NCBI RefSeq assembly: GCF_018350175.1
Contig: NC_058383.1
Location: 21,454,001 to 21,518,000 of the forward strand
Length of the DNA: 64,000 nt
Origin: Felis catus
Lineage: Eukaryota
Reading direction: 5' to 3'
Shown: piece after piece, positions 62,196 through 64,000 of the stretch
Position numbering within the stretch: the stretch's first letter is position 1
How the letters are laid out: the number at the start of each line of letters is the position of its first letter
The notes under the pieces: model-generated
Told to the model about the DNA's origin: nothing
Database searches by the model: none
The model's input: only the letters and a program-made list of their open reading frames with translations
Program-made: the position numbers and the translations under genes

Positions 62196-62277
62196 GTGCT
62201 TTAAAGTCCTATTTACGGGAATTACCTGAACCTTTGATGACCTTCAGTCTGTATGAAGAATGGACCCAAGTGGCAAG
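62196..62277 (+). CDS. ARHGAP17: ARHGAP17 exon 12 (ALKSYLRELPEPLMTFSLYEEWTQVA), 82 nt; gene continues past the window
   Basis: attccag| ... AG|gtaagt; LKxYLRELPEPL RhoGAP motif. Confidence 0.96.
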
Positions 62278-62679
62278 GTAAGTTTAAAGAACACGGAGTT
62301 TTATAAGTTAAAGGAATATTATGGAATATTATGTTCCCTTTGTGAATTATCTTACTCTTGGGGGATATAGAATAACATTAAAATAGCACATTCGTTATTT
62401 AGCATGCTCTTAAGTTTAGGGTGAAAATATTGAGTGTGAGTATGATTATTAGTATAGGAAAGTCACCCCCAGTGCATTGGCTTCAATACGTGTGGTGTAT
62501 GTCGATGAAGACATATAGTGGAACCCGCACTAATAGATCAGCTGATCTCAAGCCCCTTTTGTATTGAAGACAGCCCTATAACGGGGACAGGTGTCATAGT
62601 GATCAGTGGCGATGTGCCTGGTGAACTGTGGACACTCAGCAGGGCAAGAATACAATGTTGATGGCACCAGTCATGACAG

Positions 62680-62900
62680 TTTACACTTGCTGAGCATTTA
62701 CTGTGTCCTAAGTACCTACTAATCTTTGTACCCATTACCTCCTGTAATCCACAATCAATGACCTAAAGGGAAGATGCCATTATCCTTATTTTCCAGACAT
62801 GGAAACTGAGGCTTGGGGAGGAACAGGGCCAAGGTAACAGCAAGTAATTGGCAGAGTGGGAATTTAGACCCAGACCTGTCGGACCCAAAGACTGTGCCTC
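62680..62900 (-). mobile_element. MIR
   Basis: tgagcatttactgtgt...ggaaactgaggctt...ccaaggt. Confidence 0.75.
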
Positions 62901-63622
62901 TATCTTTGTCCCTTCCCCTCCACCCCCAGCTTCATCCTGTCCAGGAGCCGCTGGCAGCTTTGTCCAAAAAGTCCCAGGGGCTTCAATCTGGCCCACCAGC
63001 CTGCCTCCCTGTTAGCTTGTGCCTCACGGTTCTGACTCACCTCCTCCGGCAGGTCCCTAATTCCTCACCCCTAAGGGAAGAGGAACAAATCTCCCTTCCC
63101 CTCCACCCCTTCCCCTGTCTTTAGCCACTGTCACCCATTCCCAGCAGATGGGCCGCTGGGTCTGATGAGCTCGGTTGCAGCAGGAGGTGGGGCTGCCCCG
63201 TCGTTTTAACCGCATTTGCGCCAGAACCTTTGTGGCCACAGAATGCGAAACACGTCCTGGGTAGGTGATGAGGTTTTTAAAGTCAGAATAAGTTCTCAGT
63301 TGTGGTCATATCCTTGGAACCTGCGTGTGGCCCAGCCTGTTGTAAGGGTCCATGTTTGTGGGGCTGAATAAATGGAACCCAACATCAGTGTCAGGTAGGA
63401 GGGCTTTCTGGGGTCTCTTTTCTTAGGTAGCCTCTACTCCTCCCGAACTTGATTCTTCTCTCAGTTCTGAGACTCTCAAACTCATCCCTGTGAGGAAATA
63501 CACTTTTCAAAGAAGGTATCTGTTTATTGGTGTATTGATTCCATATACTTGAGAAATGTCAGCATGGGCCACCATCCCATCCCGGTGACACATCGACTGG
63601 CCTTTAAAGTATCATTGTGTTT

Positions 63623-63745
63623 GGGGCGCCTGGGTGGCTCAGTAGGTTAAGCATCCTACTCTTGATCTTAGCTCAGGTCTTGATCTCAGGGTCGTGAGCT
63701 CAAGCCCTGTGTTGGGCTGCACATGGGGCGTGAAGCTTACTTAAA
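63623..63745 (+). mobile_element. Short Can-SINE
   Basis: ggggcgcctgggtggctcag head. Confidence 0.85.
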
Positions 63746-64000
63746 GTATAATAACGTTTGACCCCTTCCTGTAACTCCAGATTGCTTCAGTTGTGGAGGA
63801 TGTTTTAGATCCAAAGGTGTATTGTGTGGGCACCTTCTAACGTGCTCTCCTCCTGGCAGGCAGGGGTGACTGATCTCATCTGGCCCTTTTTTGTGTCTGT
63901 GAAAGTTTGTGTGTTGGAACTGTAGAGCAGAAGAGCTCCTGCAAATGCTTCAGCACAGAAAAGGGCTTCTTGGCCTGGAGACTTGGAGTGGCATGAAGGG

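Noticed and set aside
1..64000. CRISPR arrays, operons, prokaryotic systems, intact autonomous transposons or a nested second gene
   Set aside because: Mammalian intronic DNA; the dispersed repeats are SINEs, and no intact RT, transposase or second spliced ORF was found

Overview
Felid (cat-family) genomic DNA, judged from the abundant SINEC_Fc-type Can-SINEs and an L1_Fc 3' end. The window holds the CpG-island promoter and first 12 coding exons of ARHGAP17 (RICH1/nadrin; BAR plus RhoGAP protein) on the + strand. The exons splice via GT-AG sites into a continuous 1043-nt frame (MKKQFNRMKQ...EEWTQVA); the gene continues beyond the window. Introns, including a 35-kb intron 1, contain about 40 Can-SINEs plus L1, L2, MIR, MER20, MER58 and Tigger2-like remnants. 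I found no convincing new multi-gene system. The best observations are: a tailless tRNA-Cys 5'-half retrocopy with a TSD; an ATG-TAG start-stop element and (GCC)10 in the leader; a predicted exon-9-skip BAR-only product ending in CKST; apparent local divergence of BAR exons 3, 5 and 6; a near-identical inverted SINE pair near exon 2; and an unexplained 49-bp direct repeat. Exon coordinates were read base by base. Repeat boundaries are approximate, and repeat names and human comparisons are from memory.
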